A DNA stretch of 64,000 bases from a virus: the IMG/VR virus record IMGVR_UViG_3300005265_000549, positions 25,202 to 89,201 of that record; one strand, given 5' to 3'. The position numbers were made by a program, and so were the translations under genes. Below are positions 1 through 9,747 of this stretch, piece by piece. How positions within the stretch are numbered: the stretch's first letter is position 1; each line of letters begins with the position of its first letter. The notes beneath the pieces were generated by a model, which was not told the DNA's origin, did no database searches, and worked only from the letters and a program-made list of their open reading frames with translations.

Positions 1-2
1 AT

Positions 3-926
3 GCTAAAGAAAAAAATATGGAATGGCGTTGGATTAGTAAAATTAATGAAAAAAATATAATTTCAACTCTTTCAACTATTTGTCGAATTGCTTCACGTGG
101 ATGTACAATTACTGAAAAACATCAAAAATTTATTGAACAAAAATTTGAAGAATTAAAAAAAATCATTCCTGTAGAAACTTCTAAAACTGAAACAAATAAA
201 CCTAAATTTAATATTCAAGAAAGAATTTATGAACAAGCTGGTGAAGTTATGGCTGAAGTTCATGAATTTGTTGATGCTTTTGTAGAACAAGGAATTGAAA
301 ATAAAATTATTAATTCTTTAGATAAAAAAGGTTTTGGTCGTCCTCAAACAAAACATATTATTAACTTAATTGAACGTTATATTGAAGAATTTATTACTGT
401 TAAAAATGCGAAAGTTGATGATAAAGAATTATTTGAATCTTATAATTTAAGTATTCGAAAAATTAATTCAATTATAAAATATTTAGAAAGTTTAAAAGTT
501 GAATGTGAAAAATGGATTTTAGTTAAGAAAAAAATTAAAAAATTATCAGAAACAAAAATTAAGACTCCTTATGAATTATGTAAAAATGTAAAAATAAATA
601 AAAATACTGAAATTAAACCAGAAAAAGTTGTTGGAGCAATGGCAACTGTTCTTCAAAATACTCGTAATAAATCATTAATGTTTTTAGTTTATGAAGATAA
701 ATTTTTAAGCATTAAAGGAACCACTATTACTAATGTTGATTTAAATAAATCAACACGATATATAATTAAAAATAAGTTTAAAGAAAAAGCAATAAAAGAA
801 TTAAGAAAAATTAAAAATATTTCAAAGTTAAAAACATTTTTAAACAATGAAGAAAAATTCAAAAAATCAAAACAATCATGCACTGGACGATTGGGAGCTT
901 ATAGTAATATTATATTAGTGATTTAA
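3..926 (+). CDS. Conserved T4-like hypothetical protein (frame open to the window edge, possibly 5'-truncated)
   Basis: No stop upstream of ATG 18 in this frame. C-terminal KVVGA..VLQNTRNK....LSIKGTTI pattern resembles a conserved T4-like phage protein. Confidence 0.55.
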   Translation, partial: AKEKNMEWRWISKINEKNIISTLSTICRIASRGCTITEKHQKFIEQKFEELKKIIPVETSKTETNKPKFNIQERIYEQAGEVMAEVHEFVDAFVEQGIENKIINSLDKKGFGRPQTKHIINLIERYIEEFITVKNAKVDDKELFESYNLSIRKINSIIKYLESLKVECEKWILVKKKIKKLSETKIKTPYELCKNVKINKNTEIKPEKVVGAMATVLQNTRNKSLMFLVYEDKFLSIKGTTITNVDLNKSTRYIIKNKFKEKAIKELRKIKNISKLKTFLNNEEKFKKSKQSCTGRLGAYSNIILVI

Positions 927-997
927 TGACATAATTCTTCTCTTGATAAATATATTATATTTAATTATTATATATTTAAAGGAGAAGAATTATGTCA
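927..997 (+). promoter_or_regulatory. RBS-occluding hairpin with late promoter GATAAATA (945-952) in the loop
   Basis: tgacataattcttctc (927-942) is the exact reverse complement of gagaagaattatgtca (982-997), which spans most of the SD and the ATG of ORF 992. Confidence 0.85.
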
Positions 998-1861
998 ACA
1001 GATAATACCAATTTAGGTACATTAGAATCAGTAACAAGTGAGTTAACAGAATTAATTAAAGCAAATAGTATTGCTTATCAAGTTTGTGGTATTCAACAAA
1101 CAACCACTTCAACTCCAGTAGTTTTTGGAATTAAAAAAACATCTGGTACAACTGGATTTCAAATTGTTAAAAAAGATACAGTTAAAAAAGCGTCAACAAA
1201 TTCTGAAGGTTTTACAGATGAATTAATGGAAGATGTTTTTTCATTATTTGGAAAAAATGCTAAAGAATATTTAAAAATTATTTCAGCAAATGATTTAATT
1301 GATTCATTAGATGATGAAATAATTTCATATATGTCTAGTATAGCAACAGTAGAAAATGCAGTAACTTATGATTTTTCTACAACTACAGATCATAGACAAA
1401 TAATCCATAATTTACTTTTAAAAATAAATAAAACAAGAGTTAGTATGGCAAACGATTTAAAACGTGGTCTTCCAAAAATTTTAATCGTTTCAAGTGCTAT
1501 AGCAGCTTTATTAATCACAAATAAAATGATTAGTGGGAATGATTCTGATTTTGTTGCAGGTGGAGCAGAAAATGTTAAATTTGTTGGTAAGATGGGTGAT
1601 ATGCTTGTTTATCAAGATTTTGATGCAGCAGCAGATTATGTTTTAATTGCTCATAAATCATATATTCCTGGAGATGCAAGTATTATTTTAATTCCTATTA
1701 ATGAACCGGTTGCGAATATTAGAAGAGATGATGAAACTGGTCAACCTAAATATCATTATAGAATGAGACATGCTTATTCTAGAAATCCTGTTGATTCAGG
1801 TTCTTCTACTGCGGATTCAGATTTTATTAGAAAATTTGCTGTTACATTAACTGATTTCTAA
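992..1861 (+). CDS. Capsid protein paralog (gp23/gp24-like, HK97 fold; possible vertex protein)
   Basis: QVCGIQQTTTSTPVVFGIK, KRGLPKILIVSS, FVGKMGDMLVYQD, GDASIILIP and ETGQPKYHYRMRHAYSRNP match gp23-family motifs. Confidence 0.75.
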   Translation: MSTDNTNLGTLESVTSELTELIKANSIAYQVCGIQQTTTSTPVVFGIKKTSGTTGFQIVKKDTVKKASTNSEGFTDELMEDVFSLFGKNAKEYLKIISANDLIDSLDDEIISYMSSIATVENAVTYDFSTTTDHRQIIHNLLLKINKTRVSMANDLKRGLPKILIVSSAIAALLITNKMISGNDSDFVAGGAENVKFVGKMGDMLVYQDFDAAADYVLIAHKSYIPGDASIILIPINEPVANIRRDDETGQPKYHYRMRHAYSRNPVDSGSSTADSDFIRKFAVTLTDF

Positions 1862-1868
1862 AAATAAA

Positions 1869-1921
1869 AATCATGGTTTATTCTTCAAGATAAATATAAA
1901 CAAGGAGAATAAACCATGATT
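1869..1921 (+). promoter_or_regulatory. RBS-occluding hairpin with late promoter GATAAATA (1889-1896) in the loop
   Basis: aatcatggtttattct (1869-1884) is the reverse complement of agaataaaccatgatt (1906-1921). It covers the ATG of ORF 1916 and extends into the SD. Confidence 0.85.
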
Positions 1922-2287
1922 AAACAAACTAAAGAATTATATAAAAATATTCCCTATTGGGTAAAATTAGTTTCTTCAATTTTAGCTGTTACGATAACTT
2001 TAGGTGGAGCTGTTTTAGCAATGGAAGATCGTTATGTTTCTGAAAAAGAAGAAATTAAAACTCTTCAAATTTTTAATTCAAATATTCAACAAAATTTTAG
2101 ATTAATGAATTTAAAAATTTTTCAATTACAATATGATCATTTAACAGATTCTTATTATCAATATAAAAAATTAAGAAGAAACCAACCAAATGATATTGAA
2201 ATACAAGAAGAATTTGAAAGAATTAAAAATGAAAGAAAATTAATAAAAGAAAAAATAAATAAATTATTAGAAGAAAGAAATAAATGA
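1916..2287 (+). CDS. Membrane-anchored coiled-coil protein, function unknown
   Basis: N-terminal hydrophobic helix (WVKLVSSILAVTITLGGAVLAM) followed by a helical region. Good SD. Confidence 0.6.
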   Translation: MIKQTKELYKNIPYWVKLVSSILAVTITLGGAVLAMEDRYVSEKEEIKTLQIFNSNIQQNFRLMNLKIFQLQYDHLTDSYYQYKKLRRNQPNDIEIQEEFERIKNERKLIKEKINKLLEERNK

Positions 2288-3192
2288 AATCATTTTCTAC
2301 TGTATTTCAAGAAATGAAACAAACTAAAAGAGTTGGAATTCAACATCTAAATCAATTAAAACCATTAGATTTTATTAAATTAGTTAAATTAGTAAAAGAA
2401 GAAATGGGTGGTAAGATTTCTAAAACTAATTCTTCTGTATCCCTTAAAGTTGATGGTTTTGGATTAAGATTTGGATTAAATAACAAGGATGAATTTTTTA
2501 TTGAATCTTCTAATAGTGGCCCACAATTTAAAGTTGATGCTTTTTCAGAATACACAAAAAATAAAAAAGGTGAGGTTGATAAAATTTCAATTGCTTATGA
2601 TCAAGTATTTAAATCATTGAAATCAAATAAAAAACTTCAAAAGATTTTAAAAGAAAATAATACTGATTCAGGAATTAAAATTATTTGTGAATGTCTTTAC
2701 ACTCCAATAGGTAAAAAAGATAAAGATAAAATTAAGTTTGTTAGTATAAATTATGATCAAAAAAAATTAGGTGAAATAGCAACTTTTGTATTAATTAAAG
2801 TTATTGATGGTGATAATAATATCTTAGATCAGAACATTCTAGAATACGTCAAAGAGCTATCTAGTAAACAATTTTTATTCACAGATGCTACTGTTACTTT
2901 AGATGATATTGATTTAACTATTGAAATTGATAATGTATTAAAATTTGTTAAAAAATATCCTGATTTAGATAAGATAGTATTAAGTAGAAAAAAAGTTGAT
3001 AAAGAAATAAAAAATTTAATTAAAGATACATTGAAAAATTATCAAGAACAAATGAGTGATAAATTATTGAAATCAATAAAATCAACTAAATTTGGAGATG
3101 AATTTGAAGGAATAGTATTCAACTTATTAAAAGGAAAATCTTTTAAAGTAATTTCAAAATCTTTTAGTCAAGGTATTAAATTTAAACCATAA
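2284..3192 (+). CDS. ATP-dependent ligase-fold (RNA/DNA ligase-like) nucleotidyltransferase with capsid-targeting-like N-terminus
   Basis: Motif I SLKVDG, motif III ICE, motif IV EFEGIVF, motif V SFKVIS. N-terminus MKSFSTVFQE. Confidence 0.65.
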   Translation: MKSFSTVFQEMKQTKRVGIQHLNQLKPLDFIKLVKLVKEEMGGKISKTNSSVSLKVDGFGLRFGLNNKDEFFIESSNSGPQFKVDAFSEYTKNKKGEVDKISIAYDQVFKSLKSNKKLQKILKENNTDSGIKIICECLYTPIGKKDKDKIKFVSINYDQKKLGEIATFVLIKVIDGDNNILDQNILEYVKELSSKQFLFTDATVTLDDIDLTIEIDNVLKFVKKYPDLDKIVLSRKKVDKEIKNLIKDTLKNYQEQMSDKLLKSIKSTKFGDEFEGIVFNLLKGKSFKVISKSFSQGIKFKP

Positions 3193-3205
3193 ATAGGATT
3201 AATAA

Positions 3206-4153
3206 ATGATTAATTTTAAAACTTTTTTACTTGAAATAAAAATTGAAAAAGAAATTAATGATAAATTATTATCTATTATTAATCGACTTGGTTATAATGA
3301 TATCAAAACAAATTCAAAATTTTATTTTTCTATTTTGACAAATAAAAATCGTATAGAAGTAATGAAAGAACTTGAAAAGGAAATTCAAAAAGAAATTCCA
3401 GAAGCAAAATGGGATATTTCCAGTTCCGGTTCTTCTATAGGAAATATTGTTATAGGTAAATTTAAGTTGGGAGTCAAACCAAAATCTAGACAAGGAAAAT
3501 CATCATTTGGTTTAGAAAATGAAATGACATTATTTAATATTCTTGATGAAATATTAATTAATAAACCAATCAATATAATTTTTTCTACTGGTAAAAAAGA
3601 ATTTAAAATTGAAAATGCTGTAAGTTATAAAGATGTCGGAAATAATACAAAAAATAGAAAAAAAGCTGATATAATAATATTTGATGATAAAGGAAAAAAA
3701 TATTCTATTTCAATTAAGAAAGATAATGCTGAAAATTGGGAATCTGCTGATTCTTATTATGCTGATAAAGCAAAAAAAATAATAGATAAATTAATTTCTC
3801 AAGATAAAATTAAATTAGAGCCATATAGAAAAGGATTTAAATTAAATAAAAATATTGGAATTCTTGCAAATAAAAAAGAAATTAAAGATGTGGTTTTTGG
3901 AAGTGATATTTTAGGAAATGGTTGTGTAATTAAAAAAACATTTGATGGAAAATATGTGATAAAAGATGAAAATGTGATTATAAAAGTTTCTGAAATTATT
4001 ACAAACCTTTCTGAAATTCCAGAAAATGAAAAAGTATATTTTTTAATAAGAAATGATATCACAAGAAATAATCCTAAATTATATAAAGGAATTAGAATAT
4101 TAGCTGTTATGAAATCACGAATCAATAAATCAATTTTATTATATAAAGGATAA
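3206..4153 (+). CDS. PD-(D/E)XK restriction-endonuclease-fold protein with capsid-targeting-like N-terminus
   Basis: GLENE...KADIIIFD...ISIKKD pattern. N-terminus MINFKTFLLE. CATAAATA at 3188-3195. Confidence 0.55.
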   Translation: MINFKTFLLEIKIEKEINDKLLSIINRLGYNDIKTNSKFYFSILTNKNRIEVMKELEKEIQKEIPEAKWDISSSGSSIGNIVIGKFKLGVKPKSRQGKSSFGLENEMTLFNILDEILINKPINIIFSTGKKEFKIENAVSYKDVGNNTKNRKKADIIIFDDKGKKYSISIKKDNAENWESADSYYADKAKKIIDKLISQDKIKLEPYRKGFKLNKNIGILANKKEIKDVVFGSDILGNGCVIKKTFDGKYVIKDENVIIKVSEIITNLSEIPENEKVYFLIRNDITRNNPKLYKGIRILAVMKSRINKSILLYKG

Positions 4154-4186
4154 AAATGTTAAAAAAAACTTTTAAGGATTTTTATC

Positions 4187-4354
4187 ATGTTGAAAATCCT
4201 ACATCATTTATTAATTCAAGAATTAATTAAAATTTCATTTGAAAAAGAAAGTTATGATGTACTTTCTACTTTTTATAAGAAACATCCTTATTCGTTAATA
4301 ACTATTGATAAATATATTTCTAATATGTTAAATAAAAAAATAAGAAAAAAGTAA
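4187..4354 (+). CDS. Small hypothetical protein (55 aa, not in ORF track)
   Basis: AAGGA SD upstream of ATG 4187; frame open to TAA at 4352-4354. Confidence 0.3.
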   Translation: MLKILHHLLIQELIKISFEKESYDVLSTFYKKHPYSLITIDKYISNMLNKKIRKK

Positions 4355-4398
4355 AAAAACATTTTTTAAATTTTATAAAAAACAAAAAATAAAATGGA

Positions 4399-5532
4399 AT
4401 GATAATGGGTGGTAATATTAAATTAATAAAATTTAAATCTTTTTGTTTACAAGAAGGTGGAAATGTTCATGTGGGTGATGTATCAGCACAACAAATCACA
4501 TCTAAAGTGAATCGAACCAAATTAGTAAACGATTTAATTAAAAATCTTTTGATTTTAAATAATCAATTCCAAAAAGAATATGGATTGAAAATTTGGAAAA
4601 ATGAATCATATCTTAAATCAGGTGAAGTTTTTTCTGGTTCTTCAGAACATTTTATTAATTTAAATATTTCTGATGAAGAATATTTAAAACATAAACCAAA
4701 AACTGGTGATATTGATATACAAATAGATAAATCTTTAGAAACTAATTTACATGATTTTTTTAAAAAACATAATAAATTTGGAACTATGGAATATCTAGGT
4801 CAATCTCAAACAGCTATTGGACAAATTTCTTCTTTATTTAAAATTGATGGATATATGGAAAAATCTGAAAAGAAAAGAAGATTAGTTAAAAAGAAAATTC
4901 TGATCCAATTAGATTTTGAATTTGTAGATGTTGATGAAAAAGGTAAACCAACTGAATGGTCTAAATTTTCTAGATCATCTAATTGGAGTGATATTGAAAA
5001 TGGAATAAAAGGTGTTTTTCATAAATTTGCATTAGCAAATATCGATCATGTGTTTACTAAAAAAATTAAAATTAAAAAAGGTAAACGTAATCCAAAAATT
5101 ATAGAACAAGAAATTCATTTTTTTGCATTCTCAGTACAAAATGGATTAAGACCTAAATATCGTCCTGTTCCAAATGAAAAAGATGTATGGGAAGCAATAC
5201 CTTCTAAAGAAGGAAATTATACACAAGATATTTCACAAATTTTTGAAACTCTTTTTAGAAAAAAACCAGGAAAAACTGATCGGGATTTATTTAATTCATT
5301 TGTTGGTATTATTGAATTAGTTAAAAAATATTTTAATAAAAAACAACAACAAAAATTTGTTAATGCTTTTGTTGAGTTTATTTGGGGCAAAAATGCTCAA
5401 AAATTATATAGAGGTAACCCTCTACAAGATGCTGAAGTTAAAAATGCAGCAATGAATTATATTGAAAAAAAATTAAAAATTAAAAAGTCTAAATATGATT
5501 CTATTATAAATAATTATTATAAAAATTATTAA
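4399..5532 (+). CDS. DNA polymerase-beta superfamily nucleotidyltransferase
   Basis: FSGSS...TGDIDIQ...IQLDF catalytic signature. N-terminal KFKSFCLQE-GGN segment. Confidence 0.7.
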   Translation: MIMGGNIKLIKFKSFCLQEGGNVHVGDVSAQQITSKVNRTKLVNDLIKNLLILNNQFQKEYGLKIWKNESYLKSGEVFSGSSEHFINLNISDEEYLKHKPKTGDIDIQIDKSLETNLHDFFKKHNKFGTMEYLGQSQTAIGQISSLFKIDGYMEKSEKKRRLVKKKILIQLDFEFVDVDEKGKPTEWSKFSRSSNWSDIENGIKGVFHKFALANIDHVFTKKIKIKKGKRNPKIIEQEIHFFAFSVQNGLRPKYRPVPNEKDVWEAIPSKEGNYTQDISQIFETLFRKKPGKTDRDLFNSFVGIIELVKKYFNKKQQQKFVNAFVEFIWGKNAQKLYRGNPLQDAEVKNAAMNYIEKKLKIKKSKYDSIINNYYKNY

Positions 5533-5535
5533 GGT

Positions 5536-5889
5536 ATGAGAGAAGGAAAAACGATGGATAAATTTGAAACTTTCTTATTGGAAAAAACAATAAAATTTCC
5601 AACTGATGAATTTGATGAATATAAAAATAGAATTCCTGTTCCGGAAGATTTTAATATATTTATTAAATCTTGGTTAATAAAAAATTCAAATAGATTAAAA
5701 GATGAATTTATTATTCAAGCAATTGAAGATGTAGCTTTTAGTTTAAATAAAAAATATAGTTATATTCCAGGAATAAATTTTGAAGTTGCAGGAAAAAAAT
5801 TAAGTATTTATACTAAATCAGGTCAATTTGTTTTCACTTGTGATCAAAAAATAACGTTTAAAAAAATTAAAAAATTAATAGGAATTTAA
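5536..5889 (+). CDS. Hypothetical internal-head-like protein (likely start at Met7, MDKFETFLLE)
   Basis: Capsid-targeting-like motif. AAGGA SD precedes the second Met. Confidence 0.55.
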   Translation: MREGKTMDKFETFLLEKTIKFPTDEFDEYKNRIPVPEDFNIFIKSWLIKNSNRLKDEFIIQAIEDVAFSLNKKYSYIPGINFEVAGKKLSIYTKSGQFVFTCDQKITFKKIKKLIGI

Positions 5890-8800
5890 ATGAATAGTTT
5901 AAATAAATTATTTGAAAATAGTTTATATAGTAATGATCAAGAAAAATCTGATTTTGTTAATTCAGAAAAACTTGTTCATATTGCTTTTTGGATTGGTTTT
6001 TTAGGTCCTATTTTTCTTTATATTAATAGTGATAATCCAGTAATTAAAAAATATTTTAAAAGTGATAAAAAATTAAGAATAGATGCTATTACTGATGATA
6101 ATAATGATACTTCTTTAACTCTAAGTTTAATTAAAACATCTATACCTCCGGCTTTAGTTAATAAAATTACAAGATTTCTTGTAAGACTTAAATCTGGTCA
6201 AAAAATTGATGAAGATCTTTTTAAGAAAGAAATATTTGATCCATTATATAAAAAAACAATTAATTTAACTTTAAGTCCTCAAATTAAACGAACATTAAAA
6301 AGTTATTATAATGGTAATCTTTCAAGTTTAGATGTAGTAAAAACATTCATTATTAATGCTAGAAGATGGAAAATTTGTAATGAATTTAAATTTTTAGCTA
6401 GAAAATGTAAAATTAAAGGTGAAGTAAAAATTTCAAAAGATACTTCTAATGATTCGAATATAATTAAAAAAGATAATAAAGATGGTGCTTCTACTGATAC
6501 AACTGTGATTAAACCACCTATTCCTGCCTGGGAAAATTATCTTATTGATTTTGCTAGTAAAATTAATAATAAAGAAATTAGAGCAATTTTTGAAGAAGAT
6601 CTAATTTCTTACTTTAAAGGTGAAATGTATGGACAAACATATCGAAATATCACGTTTCGTAATATGGATGTTTTTTTTGATTTAGTTTTAAGTTTAGATA
6701 AAAATCAACTACCAGACGTTAAATTTAACATTAGATTAATGGAAATAAAATCATTTCATTTACCATTAATTTTATTATCTTTGAATCCAAAATTAACTGA
6801 TAAAATTAAACAAACATCTTTTAGTAATATTGAACATACTGGATTGGATTATTTCAATCCAATCTTTTATTTAATGTTTTTTTATAAATTTAGTTCAGCA
6901 AGAATTATAACTGAAAAATGTTTTGCTGAAATGTCTATTGATTTATATTATAATACAATAGTTAAAGAAATGGCTGCAAATTCAAAAGGAATAGAATTTT
7001 TTACAATAGATTGGATTGCTGATTTTTTCTTTAATAACTTATATAAATTGGAAGATAAAGATTATTTTGTTTCTTTAATTAAATTTTTAATTAATAATCT
7101 TACATCTAAAGAATTTATTATGCTTAAATCAAAAGTGAATGATAATTTAAAAAACCGTTTAATTAAATATGGACTCTATCATTTATTTGAAAAACTACCT
7201 ATTGATAAAATTAAAATGTATGATTTTCAACAATTTATAGAAACTATTATGTCATCATCTTATAGTATGAATAAAATTTTTGAAGATTATAGAAAAGAAT
7301 ATTTACCAGATAATTCTCTAGAAGAAATAAAAAAAATATTCTTAAATCAAGATTTTAATGATCTTGATTTCAGTCGATTGAATAATGCTTTATCTTATAT
7401 TTCTGTATATGATCCTATTTTTATTGAAAAATTATGTGAATTTTTTAATAATGAGAAAAAAATTGTAGATTTAATTGATAAAATGATTAAAAATTTTAAT
7501 AATAATGATAATTCTTTAAATCGTTTAAGATCTCATTTTATTATTTTATTTCCTAATTACTTTTCTGAAAAAGAAAGAAATGAAATTTTTGAAAAAAATA
7601 TCATTTCTTTAATAAATGTATTACAATATTGTCATGATAATAAATCATTATCAAATTTAGAAAATTGGAAATATGAATATTGTGAAAAAATAATTAATTA
7701 TTTAACAAATAATAATAAATTCGATAAGAAAGAAAATTCAATTATTTCAAATATTAATTTAAATTTATTCAAACTTTTTGGTGATGTCTGGGCTAAAAAA
7801 TTATTTTCTAAATTTAAAGATAATTTTCTAAAAAATTATTTTCTAATTTCTTCTATTTATTCTAAAAATAAATTAAAAATTGAAATTTTACGTTTTAGTA
7901 AAATTTTAGATAAAAATATTATTTTTAAAATAATTAGTGATAGTGATGATAATGATCAAAAAGAATTAACATTACAAAAAATTAATGAGTTATTTATAAC
8001 AATCGTTGATAAATTTGATAATTCAATAGATATAGAAAGTTTAGAAAAAATTATTGAAACATTAAATGAAAAATTAGAATTTTCTAGTGATATGAATCAA
8101 TATCAAAAAAAATTCATAACTATTGAATTGCTTACAAAAAATATAAAATATAAAAATAATAAAATAATTGAAAATTTTTATGTTAATTTATTTAAACAAA
8201 ATCCAGGATTTTTTTGTAAATTAAATTTAAAAAATTTAAAAGATTTAGAAGAAATAATTAAAAAACATCTTTCAAAAAAACAAATTGCAGAAATTTTTAA
8301 AAATAAAAGTACAGAAGATATTATAGGTGAAAGATTTAATATAAATAATATAAATTTTATAAATTTAATAGACGATAATGATAAAAAAATTGAATTTTTT
8401 AAAAAATATATTAATGAATATAAACGTCAAGTGAATTCTTCTTTAAAAAGAGGTGGAATTATTCCTAAAATTAATAATTTTGCTTTTGATTTATATCAAA
8501 AAGATCCAAAAATTATTGATAAATTATTTGATGAATTAGATCTTTCAACTAAAAATCAATTATTTGCTGAATTAAGAACTTTTGTTACTATAGCACCATT
8601 ATTAAGCAATATACATACTTCACCAGTTGTTCCATTAAAAAAATTAAAATCTGAAGATATTAGAAATGCTTTAAAATATAATAAATTTGAAATTGCAGAA
8701 GTTATAAAAGTTAGAAAAAGAAAAGGTGAAACATATTCTGAAACATTGAAAAGAACTATTAAAATTGCTGATGCTTCACAAAATAAAATTCCTAAACAAA

Positions 8801-9747
8801 AAGTTGAAGAAGTAGAATTAACTGAAAAAGAAATAGCTGAAAAAACTTATAATTTAAATAAAAAATATCATGCAGGAAAACATGGAAGTATTGGAATTCA
8901 ATTACTAAAAGAATTTAATGTATCATTACCTGAAGAAGAATGGAAAGCTTTTAGAGAAGAATGGAAAGATAAAGGTGATGGAATTTTATATCCTATGTTT
9001 CATGGAACAAATGGAACAGCTGCTTCAATGATTTTAAGATTTGGTTTTGCTATTTTATCTGTTAAAGAATTATCTTCAGCCGGTGGAAAATATGCTGGTA
9101 ATATGTTAGGTGCTGGTGTTTATACTGCTCCTAACATGGATAAAGTTGCTAATTATATTGGTGAACAAAATTATGGACAATTAGGTTCTATTGGATATTT
9201 ATTTGAAATTGATCAAACTTTAGGTGAAAAAAATAATCATTATCGAACAATGGGGCATGGTGGAGATAGAATTCGTTCACCTGAATATTGTTCTAAATAT
9301 CCTAGAAAACAATTAAAAATTGTAAAATGTTATAAAGCAGTAAAATCATCATTAAAACATATTTCAAAAACTGCTAGTAAAAATGGAGTAAAATTAGATG
9401 AAGCTTTTGAAAATCAAATACATAAAGGAATTTTAATGGAAAGTGATGAATTAGATATGATAATTGATGAAGGTTGGACTAATTTTATTTTTATGGATGG
9501 TTATATTCCTATTGGTAATAATGATGCTTTAAATTTCAGTTTTGTAACTTCTCAATTTTATGATGATATTCAAATTACACAAAATCAAGATGGTATAGTA
9601 TATTCAATAAAAAATGATATAGGTAATTTTGAAACTTTTAAAATTCCAGATACTTTTTTTGCTATTGAAGAAAAAGATCCTATTATATCAAAATTTTTAA
9701 ATATGACAAAAGATAAATTAATTATTGATAAAGAAGAAATAAAATGA
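5890..9747 (+). CDS. Large ADP-ribosyltransferase with C-terminal PARP-like (H-Y-E) domain; functional analogue of T4 Alt
   Basis: MFHGT...RFGF...GNMLGAGVYTA...VANY...SPEY motifs. Long helical N-terminal region. N-terminus MNSLNKLFE. Confidence 0.75.
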   Translation: MNSLNKLFENSLYSNDQEKSDFVNSEKLVHIAFWIGFLGPIFLYINSDNPVIKKYFKSDKKLRIDAITDDNNDTSLTLSLIKTSIPPALVNKITRFLVRLKSGQKIDEDLFKKEIFDPLYKKTINLTLSPQIKRTLKSYYNGNLSSLDVVKTFIINARRWKICNEFKFLARKCKIKGEVKISKDTSNDSNIIKKDNKDGASTDTTVIKPPIPAWENYLIDFASKINNKEIRAIFEEDLISYFKGEMYGQTYRNITFRNMDVFFDLVLSLDKNQLPDVKFNIRLMEIKSFHLPLILLSLNPKLTDKIKQTSFSNIEHTGLDYFNPIFYLMFFYKFSSARIITEKCFAEMSIDLYYNTIVKEMAANSKGIEFFTIDWIADFFFNNLYKLEDKDYFVSLIKFLINNLTSKEFIMLKSKVNDNLKNRLIKYGLYHLFEKLPIDKIKMYDFQQFIETIMSSSYSMNKIFEDYRKEYLPDNSLEEIKKIFLNQDFNDLDFSRLNNALSYISVYDPIFIEKLCEFFNNEKKIVDLIDKMIKNFNNNDNSLNRLRSHFIILFPNYFSEKERNEIFEKNIISLINVLQYCHDNKSLSNLENWKYEYCEKIINYLTNNNKFDKKENSIISNINLNLFKLFGDVWAKKLFSKFKDNFLKNYFLISSIYSKNKLKIEILRFSKILDKNIIFKIISDSDDNDQKELTLQKINELFITIVDKFDNSIDIESLEKIIETLNEKLEFSSDMNQYQKKFITIELLTKNIKYKNNKIIENFYVNLFKQNPGFFCKLNLKNLKDLEEIIKKHLSKKQIAEIFKNKSTEDIIGERFNINNINFINLIDDNDKKIEFFKKYINEYKRQVNSSLKRGGIIPKINNFAFDLYQKDPKIIDKLFDELDLSTKNQLFAELRTFVTIAPLLSNIHTSPVVPLKKLKSEDIRNALKYNKFEIAEVIKVRKRKGETYSETLKRTIKIADASQNKIPKQKVEEVELTEKEIAEKTYNLNKKYHAGKHGSIGIQLLKEFNVSLPEEEWKAFREEWKDKGDGILYPMFHGTNGTAASMILRFGFAILSVKELSSAGGKYAGNMLGAGVYTAPNMDKVANYIGEQNYGQLGSIGYLFEIDQTLGEKNNHYRTMGHGGDRIRSPEYCSKYPRKQLKIVKCYKAVKSSLKHISKTASKNGVKLDEAFENQIHKGILMESDELDMIIDEGWTNFIFMDGYIPIGNNDALNFSFVTSQFYDDIQITQNQDGIVYSIKNDIGNFETFKIPDTFFAIEEKDPIISKFLNMTKDKLIIDKEEIK

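Noticed and set aside
4156-4230. 24-aa ORF MLKKTFKDFYHVE... with a capsid-targeting-like start
   Set aside because: Too short, and it overlaps the 4187 ORF in another frame. It could be a decayed internal-protein gene but cannot be supported.
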